Assembly (NCBI RefSeq): GCF_000237865.1
Contig: NC_017459.1
Location: 840,001-872,000, forward strand
DNA from: Haloquadratum walsbyi C23
GTDB lineage: Archaea; Halobacteriota; Halobacteria; Halobacteriales; Haloferacaceae
Direction: 5' to 3'
Length of the DNA: 32,000 nt
The notes below the pieces were generated by a model. That model had not been told where the DNA came from. It worked only from the letters and a program-made list of their open reading frames with translations, and ran no database searches. The position numbers and the translations under genes are program-made. Positions 20,399 through 30,166 of the stretch are shown one piece after another. Positions within the stretch are counted from its first letter, which is position 1; every line of letters begins with the position of its first letter.

Positions 20399-20414
20399 TT
20401 CAGGGCGGAGATGA
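20399..20414. repeat. left copy of the 16-nt direct repeat flanking the GC-rich block
   Basis: TTCAGGGCGGAGATGA compared with TTCAGCGCGGAGAGGA at 20870-20885 (14/16 identical). On the minus strand it reads TCA TCT CCG CCC TGA. Confidence 0.55.
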
Positions 20415-20869
20415 ATTCGACAATCCTCTACAACCGATATTATCAATTATCCCGGCGTCGTATCCTGCGGTAATCGGAAGACTCAGGCTCACTTCCCGTT
20501 GATATTGACGATTCCATACCTACCGCTGGCACCCCCGGTGGGGAGTACCTGGTTGAGATTCATTCGCCGTCTTCACACTACACCTACCGTTACTGGAGAC
20601 GGTCGGCAACGACCATGCAAACGGGGGGAGGGGGCGACAGCACACCAACACACGTCCCGTTCGCAGTTGCCCGGTATTCGGACGCCTCTGCTCAGACGAT
20701 ATCAAGGACGGGATAAGCGGATAGCGCGTCCTTCTCGGACGCTAGATAGATCATACCCCCGCTTTGAGGGTCGACGTGAGCGCACGAACTCGGTATTCAC
20801 CACGCGAGGTGAAGACGTTGCCTTCGTGGGGCGCCGGACGGCCCAACGCCCATGAAGGAATCCTTGCGC
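20415..20869. repeat. 455-nt GC-rich structured non-coding block between the MBL-hydrolase stop codon and its presumed original terminator (candidate non-autonomous insertion)
   Basis: 39/60 and 36/60 G+C in 20581-20640 and 20641-20700, against 22/60 in 20341-20400. Only Arg/Pro-rich ORFs are present. Hairpins include GGTCG-GCAA-CGACC 20601-20614 and AAGGACG...CGTCCTT 20704-20733. The block is bracketed by the 16-nt direct repeat. Confidence 0.5.
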
Positions 20870-20885
20870 TTCAGCGCGGAGAGGA
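20870..20885. repeat. right copy of the 16-nt direct repeat (the real 3' end of the MBL-hydrolase CDS)
   Basis: TTCAGCGCGGAGAGGA. On the minus strand this reads TCC TCT CCG CGC TGA, the last four codons plus the stop. Confidence 0.55.
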
Positions 20886-21914
20886 TGTCAAAAGTATTGT
20901 CTCAATATCAATATCACTCGCGATTTCGGGATTAATAATTCGATATTGTTGGCTATGTCCTCTACGCACGGGATCGACTCTTGTATCATTCTCAACCCGT
21001 TCTACAATTCCAGATTCAATAAGGCACATCAGATGGGCGAATGCTTCTCCAGGACCGTGGAGAATATGAATTGTATCAAGTTCACCAAATAATGCAGCAC
21101 TCACGTTCCACACATCTGTGGTACCGTGTTCAGTGAGGACGTCATATAATCGCTGTGTCCGTTTGACATGATGCGTACAAATTGTATCAACCCGGGGTGC
21201 TGGATTAATAATACGTTCCCTGTGACCAGGCCATATATGTTCAAGTTCCATCTTGGATAAGCGATCAAGACTATTGAGATATGTGCTAACTGGGGACTCA
21301 ACTCGAAGGTCCGCACCGCCGATATTTGGTGTATATTCCGGAAGAACAACATCGCCAACAAATGCGAATTTCTCTTTTTTATCACTATAGTGATATCCAA
21401 CGTGACCTGCTGTGTGTCCAGGTAGATGCTTGACTGTCAATTCGATATCTCCAGCAGAGATCGTTTCTCCATCGGTCACGGGGTCGACATCAACTGATTC
21501 ACCACCGATCCCGTTGAACCGATCAAGAAACGATAGTAACTCATCTTGCTTTGCTGCTGGAACACCCCATTCCTCAAGTCGCTGCTGTCGTACCTCTCGT
21601 CGTTTTGTTGAATTCTTTCCAGTTGCAATTAGGTCTGCGTCATCAGCGTGTGCACGGACTGTGGCCCCTGAGACATCCTGAATCTCTCCTGCGAGACCTG
21701 TGTGGTCAGCGTGCCAGTGTGTTAAAAGAATTTGATCGATTGATGACAATGAGACCCCAGCAGTGGTAAGTTCAGCCTCAAGTTCTGCTCGCGTCTCTGT
21801 GGTTGCAATACCAACATCAATCAGCGTGGTGACATTGCCGTCCAATAAATATGCGTTATTATTTCCCTCGAATACTGCGTTTCCAAGTTGGATTTGACGG
21901 ACGTCGACTGTCAT
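20871..21914 (-). CDS. MBL-fold metallo-hydrolase with a C-terminal extension
   Basis: 347 aa with the HxHxDH motif (THWHADHTG) and downstream His/Asp ligand regions (LPGHTAGH, FVGD). Confidence 0.85.
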   Translation of the reverse strand: MTVDVRQIQLGNAVFEGNNNAYLLDGNVTTLIDVGIATTETRAELEAELTTAGVSLSSIDQILLTHWHADHTGLAGEIQDVSGATVRAHADDADLIATGKNSTKRREVRQQRLEEWGVPAAKQDELLSFLDRFNGIGGESVDVDPVTDGETISAGDIELTVKHLPGHTAGHVGYHYSDKKEKFAFVGDVVLPEYTPNIGGADLRVESPVSTYLNSLDRLSKMELEHIWPGHRERIINPAPRVDTICTHHVKRTQRLYDVLTEHGTTDVWNVSAALFGELDTIHILHGPGEAFAHLMCLIESGIVERVENDTRVDPVRRGHSQQYRIINPEIASDIDIETILLTSSPR

Positions 21915-22519
21915 GTGCGCATTATTGAAGATGCAAGCCTAAAACCTCGCCCTTCAGCACAGGATGGACGTCAAATAACATAGTCTGAATATCACATCAA
22001 TATCTGTGTATTCTACCTGACTCGGTATATTATAATGACGGAGGTGATGATCGGTGCAACCACAGTCAGTTGTGTGTGCATGATCAAGACGGAGACCTGT
22101 GTAGGACTCCGTTCATGATCAATTGACTGCAGAGAGCACCAGTCTTGCAGTCCGTCAGTGACGCTCTTGTCAAATGGACATTGAGCGTCAAAACTAAATT
22201 CGATATTTTTGCTCAAAAGGATACTGATAGAATCAAATAACGACCGAAGAAACAAAAAGATACGTAAACATTTATTTAAGCCGAAAATAATTGACGAAAT
22301 TAAATTAATGGTCTCAACAGATTGGTTCATTATATCCAATCATACAATACCATCGATAACTCAATCGTCACAGCGAATTACAGTTTGATATCTTCGTCCG
22401 CGTGAACGCTTATCAGCGGTCCGGAGGTCGTGGTGTTGGACCTACTCAGCATATGATGTTTACATTGCAGAACGACAGTTTCAGTCGTGTAAGAAGCTCA
22501 ATAGGTGTTCACCAGTTAA

Positions 22520-22999
22520 TTACAACTCAACACCAGAAGGGATTAGACTATGTGAGCGAAGAAGCTTCCCATCAGCATCGTATACGAGAAATGTCTCTTT
22601 ATGATAGACGACAGCCTCAGTTCCTTCGATATATAATTCAACGCGGTATCTCCCGCCCTCAGTATCAACACTACCGTCGTGACCATATTCTCGGGCAGCT
22701 CGAATGAATGATAAGACGCTGTCAGCTGACTCATTTAGTTCAAGAATAAAATCACCGGTGATTCGGTTTGTTACACTCACTACACCACTTGCATCTGGAT
22801 CCTCGACTGAACCCTGCAATCGGAATGCAACGTCTGTCTCATCGGCATCAAGATACTCCCCATTAGGGTCTGTCAATTGCGATTCAAGTACATCAGTTGG
22901 ACCATCAAAATCAATCCTGACCTGTGGTTCACGGGGGTCCGTATCGTTATCTACCCAGGCAACATCGGTCACATCCAGTTCAAAGTAATCCCGCCTCAT
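22520..22999 (-). CDS. conserved acidic haloarchaeal hypothetical protein (DUF5793-like, from memory and unverified)
   Basis: 159 aa from ATG 22997-22999 (MRRDYFELDVTDVAWVDNDTDPREPQVRIDFDGP...), strongly acidic. The 48 upstream codons of the track ORF are basic and Cys-containing, so they are probably not translated. Confidence 0.7.
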   Translation of the reverse strand: MRRDYFELDVTDVAWVDNDTDPREPQVRIDFDGPTDVLESQLTDPNGEYLDADETDVAFRLQGSVEDPDASGVVSVTNRITGDFILELNESADSVLSFIRAAREYGHDGSVDTEGGRYRVELYIEGTEAVVYHKETFLVYDADGKLLRSHSLIPSGVEL

Positions 23000-23158
23000 T
23001 CCGTGTCTCTTGATTTGAGACGGGCGAGTATGAACGTAACGTTCGCTCAATCTCATAATACATATATTTACCTCGCCACTCATCACTCGATTATAACGAC
23101 TGCAAATTGTTTGTGGAATTGCTGTTACACTCTGATTACGCAATCGTATGATACATAA

Positions 23159-24796
23159 TTACCCTTCCCCAACCATCCGTTCTTCACCCTCCCACTCAGA
23201 CTCGCGAAGTTCATATTTTTGAATCTTCCCAGTCGCGGTTCGCGGTAACTCATTGACAAACTCGATCTCACGCGGTATTTTATACCCCGCGAGCATCCCT
23301 TTACAGTGCTCGATCAATTCTGATTCGCTCACATTTGACGTCTGTGGGTTCGCAGTTACCGGAACAACGAATGCCTTTGGTGATTCACCCCACTCCTCAG
23401 ATGGCACGGGGATAACAGCAACATCACTCACAGCTTCATGACTAAATAGTGTATCTTCTAATTCAATGCTTGAAATATTCTCACCACCCGAAATAATAAT
23501 ATCCTTCTTACGATCCTGAATCTCAATAAACCCATTCTCATCTACAACTGCCAAATCACCCATGTGATAATAGCCATCAATCCGATCGCTAAATGCTGTT
23601 TCCGTCTGTTCGGGCTTCTTCCAGTAGCGGTCCATCACCTGATTACCGCGGACCACAATCTCACCAATCGATTCGCCGTCCCACGGGACCCTTTCACCAG
23701 TTTCATCAACGACAGTAACCTCAGTCCCGAGATATCCAATTCCCTGTTTTTTCTTCAAACCAAATCGGTTATCACTATCATCAAGTCGCCGATCGACGTC
23801 TGATGTTGTAATGAGCGGTCCTGTTTCAGTCGCGCCATACACATGCAGGAGATCCCAGCCAAACTCTTCCTCAACCGTCCTGATTGTTGCCTCTGGTGGT
23901 GCAGCACCCGCGGTTGCTGCACGCACTGATGCATCACCAGTTGTTTTCACACCACCCTCGCTATCATACCGATCCATTAACATATTCAGCACCGTCGGAG
24001 CAGCACAAAGATATGATACGTCCTCAGATCTGATTGTATCAAAAATCCATTCGGCATCAATACCCCGGGTGCAGACGTGTTTTCCTCCAAGTCCGGTTAT
24101 AGCATATATGTGCCCCCACCCATTGACATGAAACATTGGGAGTGTCCAAAGATATACATCGCCGTCAGAAATTTGTTGATGTATTGAAACATACTGTGCA
24201 TGCAGCGTTTCCGTTCGATGCGTGCGACAGACTCCTTTTGGGTCACCGGTGGTTCCAGACGTATAATTTATTGTTACAACTTCATCCTCACTCATGCTTG
24301 GACGGCTATATTCGGTCGACTGAGCGATAATATCATCAAATTCGTGCCATTTACCCTCAGTGTTTGTTTCTGAAATATCATTTGTAATGAACGTCTCTGT
24401 TGGCACGTCATCTCGAATTGTATCAATTTTCTCAGCATACTCATGATCAGCGTAGACAACGGAAACATCAGCATCTGAGAGGATATACTCATAATCCTCA
24501 GCAATAAGTCGATAATTAAGCGGTGTATGGATACCTCCGATTTGGAATGTTCCGTATGCGGCTTCAAGATGATAATGAGTGTTTGGGTCGAGCACTGCAA
24601 CGCGATCACCCTTTTCAACACCCATCCGTCTAAGCGCTGCGGAAAATCCATCTGCGCGGGTCCCAAGCTCATCATACGTATATCGACTTCCATCGGTTCC
24701 GACAACCGCCTCGCAGTCGCCATAATATCTGCGTGCCCGGTCAAGGAAATCTGTAACCAATAATGGTTTTTGCATTGCCAGATATTCTGTATACAT
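23159..24796 (-). CDS. AMP-dependent acyl-CoA synthetase/ligase
   Basis: 545 aa with adenylate-forming motifs (YTSGTTGDPKG, YGATETG, GDLAVVDENGFIEIQDRKKDIIISGGENI, PRTATGKIQK). The start could instead be the Met 7 codons downstream. Confidence 0.88.
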   Translation of the reverse strand: MYTEYLAMQKPLLVTDFLDRARRYYGDCEAVVGTDGSRYTYDELGTRADGFSAALRRMGVEKGDRVAVLDPNTHYHLEAAYGTFQIGGIHTPLNYRLIAEDYEYILSDADVSVVYADHEYAEKIDTIRDDVPTETFITNDISETNTEGKWHEFDDIIAQSTEYSRPSMSEDEVVTINYTSGTTGDPKGVCRTHRTETLHAQYVSIHQQISDGDVYLWTLPMFHVNGWGHIYAITGLGGKHVCTRGIDAEWIFDTIRSEDVSYLCAAPTVLNMLMDRYDSEGGVKTTGDASVRAATAGAAPPEATIRTVEEEFGWDLLHVYGATETGPLITTSDVDRRLDDSDNRFGLKKKQGIGYLGTEVTVVDETGERVPWDGESIGEIVVRGNQVMDRYWKKPEQTETAFSDRIDGYYHMGDLAVVDENGFIEIQDRKKDIIISGGENISSIELEDTLFSHEAVSDVAVIPVPSEEWGESPKAFVVPVTANPQTSNVSESELIEHCKGMLAGYKIPREIEFVNELPRTATGKIQKYELRESEWEGEERMVGEG

Positions 24797-24965
24797 TCAT
24801 CATAAATAATACGGTTTATACAACCAGTCAACCAGTTGAGTATATGTCTAAGAAGAAACACATATTATCTATTTTTATTACCCAAAATTATAATTATAAT
24901 GTGCAGTCGTGATTTCCCCGCACTCACGGAACCGTTTTAGGCGCAACGATATAATAAATCACCAA

Positions 24966-26522
24966 ATGACGCGGGTGATTCATACCGGCGACACCCACAT
25001 CGGGTACCAACAGTACCACTCGCAAATACGACGCGAGGACTTTCTTAATGCATTTAACCAAGTCATTACTGACGCGTGCGATGCTGATGTCGACGCGGTT
25101 ATTCATGCAGGTGATCTCTTTCATGACCGCCGCCCATCGCTGACAGATCTTCTTGGAACAATTGATATCCTTCGAGATTTGCGCGAGGCTGATATTCCAT
25201 TTCTTGCTGTTGTTGGCAATCACGAATCGACTCGTCACGGACAATGGCTTGATTTGTTTGAGCGACTTGGACTTGCTGAACGACTTGATAACTCACCGCG
25301 ATACATCAATGATAATCTTGCACTCTATGGGCTTGATCACGTTCCACCATCTCGACGAGAGGAACTTACATATGAATTTAACCCACATGAGGCTACTCAC
25401 GCCGCCCTTGTTAGCCACGGACTATTCACCCCTTTTGCACACGCAGACTGGGAGACAGAAACGGTGCTCACGACTGCATCAGTTGATTTTGATGCATTGC
25501 TGCTTGGAGATAACCATGCTCCCGGCGTTGAGACGGTTGAGGACGCTTGGGTAACTTACTGTGGTTCCACAGAACGAACAAGTACAGTTGAGGAATCTGC
25601 CCGCGGATATAATCTTGTTACATTCGATACTGACGTTGATATTCGCCGTCGAAGTCTCGAAACGCGCCCATTTGTGTTCGTCTCTGTTGATCTTGCCACA
25701 GGCGAGGGAGCTGAGCGGGTCTGTGACCGCCTTCGTGAATACGACCTTGGCGATGCTGTTGTTGTCATTGAAATTACTGGTGACGGTGACTCCGTTCCGC
25801 CAGCCACGATTGAGACGTTCGCGACTGACCATGGTGCACTCGTTGCTCGTGTTACTGATCGCCGTGAGCATCCTGAAGAGGGGAATATAGATACCACTGT
25901 CTCATTTGCCGACCCAGATGCTGCTGTTGAACAACGAATCCGAGAGCTTGATCTCTCGACTGCAGCACACGACATTGATACCATGATTCGTTCAGATAGC
26001 ATTTCTGATTCGAATATCCGAAATACAGTCACTGAGGAAATCTCAGAGCTACTAACTAACGAGTCACTTGATGCATTTACTCAAACATCTTCAGCAGACA
26101 CAAACACATTTAACAAAACAACCCCGACAAGTCCCGAAGGCACACAGTCAGATTCATCGATATCGTCGGCTGATTACACAACGAACCCACCATCATCGAA
26201 TAAAGAAACGGAAAATCATACACCGTTTGTCCAACAGCCACAATCGACGGTCAAAGATGACGATACAGATATCAAGATTGACTCAGATGATATGTCGAAC
26301 GATGAAAACATGGATATTATCGCGGATACCAACCGTTTCACAAATATATCCCAAGATGCAAATACAGACACAGACACAACCGCGAACATCGGTTCAGACT
26401 CAAATGCAGAGCCCAGTATAGATAGAACTGAAGAAACAGAGCTATCTGACGATGAATCGGATACATCTGAAACTGACGAATCTAATTCTGCATCAAGTCA
26501 ATTCACTATGGAGGATTTTTAG
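24966..26522 (+). CDS. mre11: DNA double-strand break repair nuclease Mre11 with a long acidic low-complexity tail
   Basis: Phosphoesterase motifs HTGDTHIG, HAGDLFHD, VVGNHE and GDNH. I chose ATG 24966 (MTRVIHTGD...) over the upstream GTG at 24909. The stop is directly followed by the rad50 ATG (TAGATG). Confidence 0.9.
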   Translation: MTRVIHTGDTHIGYQQYHSQIRREDFLNAFNQVITDACDADVDAVIHAGDLFHDRRPSLTDLLGTIDILRDLREADIPFLAVVGNHESTRHGQWLDLFERLGLAERLDNSPRYINDNLALYGLDHVPPSRREELTYEFNPHEATHAALVSHGLFTPFAHADWETETVLTTASVDFDALLLGDNHAPGVETVEDAWVTYCGSTERTSTVEESARGYNLVTFDTDVDIRRRSLETRPFVFVSVDLATGEGAERVCDRLREYDLGDAVVVIEITGDGDSVPPATIETFATDHGALVARVTDRREHPEEGNIDTTVSFADPDAAVEQRIRELDLSTAAHDIDTMIRSDSISDSNIRNTVTEEISELLTNESLDAFTQTSSADTNTFNKTTPTSPEGTQSDSSISSADYTTNPPSSNKETENHTPFVQQPQSTVKDDDTDIKIDSDDMSNDENMDIIADTNRFTNISQDANTDTDTTANIGSDSNAEPSIDRTEETELSDDESDTSETDESNSASSQFTMEDF

Positions 26523-29219
26523 ATGCGCTTTGATCATATTACCCTCGAGCATTTTAAGCCGTACGCAGACGCGAGTTTAGATCTCCAAGACGGTGTGACA
26601 ATCATCCATGGACTAAATGGCAGCGGGAAGTCGTCATTACTCGAGGCCTGTTTTTTTGCACTTTATGGTGCACGTGCACTTGATGAAACGCTTGATGACA
26701 TTGTCACAACTGATGAAGATGATGCAACGATTGAACTCACTTTTTCACATGCTGGATCACAATATCATATCAAGCGGCGACTCCGGCGAAGTGGCGATCG
26801 AATACAGACAGCTCAATGTACACTTGATGGTCCGGATATAGAAATTGATGGAGCGACCGACGTCAGAGCATTTATCACCGATATTCTTCGGATGGACGCT
26901 GAAGCCTTTGTTAACTGTGCGTATGTGCGCCAAGGGGAGGTAAATAAACTTATTAATGCAACTCCGACGCAGCGACAGGCAATCATTGACGATCTTCTTC
27001 AACTTGGTCGACTTGAGATGTATCGTGAGCGTGCGTCCGATGCCCGACTTGGCGTTGAGGACATTCTTTCTGAGCAACGTGGTGCTCAAACCGAGATTAA
27101 AACACAAATCGAGCGAAAAGAGGACGCCAATTTGCATGAAAAGCTCAATGAATATGAGGCTGCCCGAGCAGATATCGATGCAGAAATTGAACGATATGAG
27201 GAGAATAAAATACGGGCTCAAGAAACCCGAGATAACGCCAAAGAGATTCTAACGTCACATGAAGAAACACAAGAGGAACTCACAGAACTAGAAGCCGAAA
27301 TCGACGATCTTCGCATGACCATCGAAGAAGATGAGTCGACCCGCGCAGACTTTCGTGAAGCAATTGAAACAAAGACTGAACAGGTGGAGACACTCTCGTC
27401 AGCGCGTACTGATGCACTCTCATCTGCTGAGGTTACATCGGCTGATGCAGACACGCTCGCAGCACGTCGGTCTACTCTTGATGATAAGGAGTCCTCAATT
27501 CGTGACTCATTGCAGACAGCACGACAGCAGCAAACAATGTTTGAAAACCAAGCTGAGAGGCTAACTGAGCGGGTTGATGAACTTGAATCGCGCGCTGATG
27601 AGCTCCAAGAACAGGCTTCAGAAGCAGAAACCGCGGTCACGGAGGCGAAAGAACAAATTACAACTCAACAAAAAGCTCAAGCGGACATCGAAGAGCAAAT
27701 GACGTCGGTGCGTGAGCAGTTCAATAATTCGCCGGCAACTCTAGGTAAAGCGACAGAGTATCTTGAAATGCTTCAAGAAGAGCATGATGACATCCGCAAT
27801 GATCTTGCGTCTACTCGTGCATCACTTTCGACCGTCCAAGACCGCCGTAATGAAGCACAGACGCTTCAAGAAGCTGGTAAGTGCCCAACATGTGAACAGC
27901 CAATTGAGGAATCACCACATGTTGAGGCACTTGACGAGTATGACGTGCAGATTGAAACGCTTACTGAGCGTCTCAGTCAACTTGAAACAAAACAGAATAA
28001 AGTAAATAATAAAATTGAAGCCGCTGAGTCCCTCGTTGAATCTGAACGACAGTTTGAGACTCTCAAAGAACGAAAATCTCTCGCAAGTGAACGGATTGCA
28101 GACGCGCGTGAAGCGGTCAATGAGCAGACCGAGACAGCAGCATCACTCCGCGAGAATGCAGGCGAGCTTGAGACAGAAGCGGATGAAAAACGGGATGCGG
28201 CAGCAACACAGATGTCAAATGCTGATTCAGAAGCTGAAAAAGTGGCTACATTGGAATCAAAGCTAGAGACAATCAATAATGCTCGCGATCAATTGGATAA
28301 TCTTGCGGAAATTCAATCAGAAATTGAGAACATAAGAGCAGAGATCGAGCGCCTCCGTGAGCGACGTGAGGAAATCGCAGATCGAAATGATGAGCGCCGT
28401 GAATATCTCCAAGCGAAGCGTGACCGTCATGCAGAACTCACTGCGGATGTCAACGAAGCACGAATTGAAAAAGCACAGAACAATCATGAAGAAGCGGTCT
28501 CATATCTTGAGGATGTTTCTGAGAAACTTGATGAATTACGCGACAAGCGTGACAATATCCAAAGTCAAATTGGAAGTGTCCGTGGAGAAATTGAAAATTT
28601 GGCTGAGCTTCGGGAAAAACATACAGCAATTAATGATCGCGTTAGTGCGCTTGAGACGCTTCATGAGCAAGTTGAAACCCTTTCATCAACATATCGAGAA
28701 CTGAGAGCCGACCTCCGTAAGCAAAATGTTGAAACGCTTGAGCGGATGCTAAATGAGGTATTTATGCTTATATACGATAATGACGCTTATTCTCGAATCC
28801 AACTTGATGATGCATATGAGTTGACTATCTTCCAGAAGGATGAAACTGCTCTCAATCCAGAGCAACTCTCAGGTGGTGAACGTGCACTATTTAATCTTTC
28901 ATTACGTTGTGCAATCTATCGACTATTAGCAGAGGGCATCGACGGAACAGCACCGATGCCACCACTTATATTAGACGAGCCGACTGTATTCCTTGATTCC
29001 GGACATGTTGGTCGACTTGTCGACCTTATCAAGGATATGCAGCGTCGTGGCGTCGCACAGATTCTGATTGTGAGTCATGATAAAGAACTCATTGCGGCGG
29101 CAGATCATCTTGTGACAGTTAAAAAAGACCCAACAAGCAATCGATCATCAATCACGCGGATTGATGACCCACAGCGGGCGGCGATCAGCGCTGCAAGCTC
29201 AAATAAAACACCGCAATAA
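26523..29219 (+). CDS. rad50: DNA double-strand break repair ATPase Rad50
   Basis: 898 aa. Walker A GLNGSGKSS, long coiled coil, zinc hook CPTC (27882-27893), signature LSGGE, Walker B LILDEPT. Confidence 0.93.
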   Translation: MRFDHITLEHFKPYADASLDLQDGVTIIHGLNGSGKSSLLEACFFALYGARALDETLDDIVTTDEDDATIELTFSHAGSQYHIKRRLRRSGDRIQTAQCTLDGPDIEIDGATDVRAFITDILRMDAEAFVNCAYVRQGEVNKLINATPTQRQAIIDDLLQLGRLEMYRERASDARLGVEDILSEQRGAQTEIKTQIERKEDANLHEKLNEYEAARADIDAEIERYEENKIRAQETRDNAKEILTSHEETQEELTELEAEIDDLRMTIEEDESTRADFREAIETKTEQVETLSSARTDALSSAEVTSADADTLAARRSTLDDKESSIRDSLQTARQQQTMFENQAERLTERVDELESRADELQEQASEAETAVTEAKEQITTQQKAQADIEEQMTSVREQFNNSPATLGKATEYLEMLQEEHDDIRNDLASTRASLSTVQDRRNEAQTLQEAGKCPTCEQPIEESPHVEALDEYDVQIETLTERLSQLETKQNKVNNKIEAAESLVESERQFETLKERKSLASERIADAREAVNEQTETAASLRENAGELETEADEKRDAAATQMSNADSEAEKVATLESKLETINNARDQLDNLAEIQSEIENIRAEIERLRERREEIADRNDERREYLQAKRDRHAELTADVNEARIEKAQNNHEEAVSYLEDVSEKLDELRDKRDNIQSQIGSVRGEIENLAELREKHTAINDRVSALETLHEQVETLSSTYRELRADLRKQNVETLERMLNEVFMLIYDNDAYSRIQLDDAYELTIFQKDETALNPEQLSGGERALFNLSLRCAIYRLLAEGIDGTAPMPPLILDEPTVFLDSGHVGRLVDLIKDMQRRGVAQILIVSHDKELIAAADHLVTVKKDPTSNRSSITRIDDPQRAAISAASSNKTPQ

Positions 29220-29298
29220 AAAAATCTGGATCGCTTATATACTAATAACTGAGTGGTTTATTCCGCATCTCCGGCGCCTCACGAACGACCACCTGTGA

Positions 29299-29733
29299 TT
29301 ATTTTGAAATCGACCGAAGTGATTCAATTGCGGTTTTAGTCATTTCTGTTGGTCCATATCCACGTTCACCATATATTTCTATCTCAGTAATGAGTCCTGC
29401 AGCGCGAAATTCAGCAAGTTGCCCATTGAGTTCTGATTCGCAGTAATCGTATGCATCGAGCATACTCACGACGCTGAGACCCTCCCGATCCGTGAGTTCA
29501 ATCAATAGTCCGAGTGCATCCTCGCCATGACTTGCAATAAGCACGGTTCGTACAGTCTCTGGGACTCCACTTGCAGCAGCAACAAGCGGTGAATCATCTG
29601 TGTCGGCAATCGTTAACTCCTCATTTGAGACGTATTTTTCCTCACCTGAACGTGGATCGCGGATGAGACTTGACTCACTTGACTCCTTGCACAGCAAATA
29701 TTGAGTGCCATCAGCATGATAGACAGTCCGCAT
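29299..29733 (-). CDS. hypothetical acidic protein (144 aa)
   Basis: Intact ORF with halophile-like acidic composition (MRTVYHADGTQYLLCKESSESSLIRDPRSGEEKYV...). I recognise no family motif. Confidence 0.55.
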   Translation of the reverse strand: MRTVYHADGTQYLLCKESSESSLIRDPRSGEEKYVSNEELTIADTDDSPLVAAASGVPETVRTVLIASHGEDALGLLIELTDREGLSVVSMLDAYDYCESELNGQLAEFRAAGLITEIEIYGERGYGPTEMTKTAIESLRSISK

Positions 29734-30156
29734 TCACAATAGGTAATCAATGAGACAGTATAAACCCATCTGACAAAACATCTCATTTCGAATTGCAAAT
29801 AATCAAACACCTCATATCCGAATTCAAATGTTAATATATATCTCAATTATTACAAATATGAGTATCGTTTCCGAATCCGAATCATCTGACTATCTATCTA
29901 TACCCGACTCACTCATCTGTTGGACTCGCGCACAAGGATAATTTTCAACATGAAATCCCGACTTCAGTACATCCATCTGTATCCAGGGAAAGAGCCCACA
30001 ATTTTAGTTGATTTGAGGCGCTAAGCCCCTCCTCAACGCCCGAACAGAGTGAGGGCGTAGGGAGGGGATACAGTGCCGCATAGTTTGGTTGCGCGTTCAT
30101 CGCTACGTTTACTTTACTACCCACACGGGTGAGTCTGGTAGTACGATGCTCACCAT

Positions 30157-30166
30157 GTCTCTAACA
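30157..30166. repeat. target-site duplication, left copy (GTCTCTAACA)
   Basis: Identical 10-mer at 30421-30430, immediately outside the two terminal inverted repeats. Confidence 0.8.

Noticed and set aside
20499-20855. ORFs inside the GC-rich blocks (20499-20855 +, 20520-20705 -, 30313-30786 -, 30319-30648 +, 30404-30715 +, 31518-31742 +)
   Set aside because: All are Arg/Pro/Gly-rich and basic, overlap each other on both strands, and lack halophile acidity. They look like artefacts of high G+C.
20415-20869. RNase P RNA or SRP (7S) RNA hypothesis for the GC-rich blocks (also tested on 11524-11930 and 29985-30646)
   Set aside because: I looked on both strands for the RNase P CR-I (GAGGAAAGUCC) and CR-V (ACAGAA..GGCUUA) motifs. 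I also looked for the SRP helix-8 motif (CAGG..GGAA..AGCAG). Only loose resemblances were found. Block sizes (about 220 and 455 nt) and the MITE disruption of the third block also argue against essential RNAs. This is not excluded without a covariance-model search.
22013-22339. 108-aa ORF on the minus strand in the AT-rich spacer
   Set aside because: The composition (Ile/Phe/Cys/Lys-rich, not acidic) is unlike every confident protein in the window, and it has no recognisable motif. It is kept only as part of a low-interest finding.
24909-24965. Upstream start extensions offered by the ORF track (mre11 GTG 24909; 22520-23143 extension; 30650-31240 GTG extension; trkH GTG 8147; TTG 15456)
   Set aside because: The extra residues are basic or non-conserved. 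Canonical family N-termini begin at the internal ATGs I used. The 31240 extension overlaps repeat copy A.
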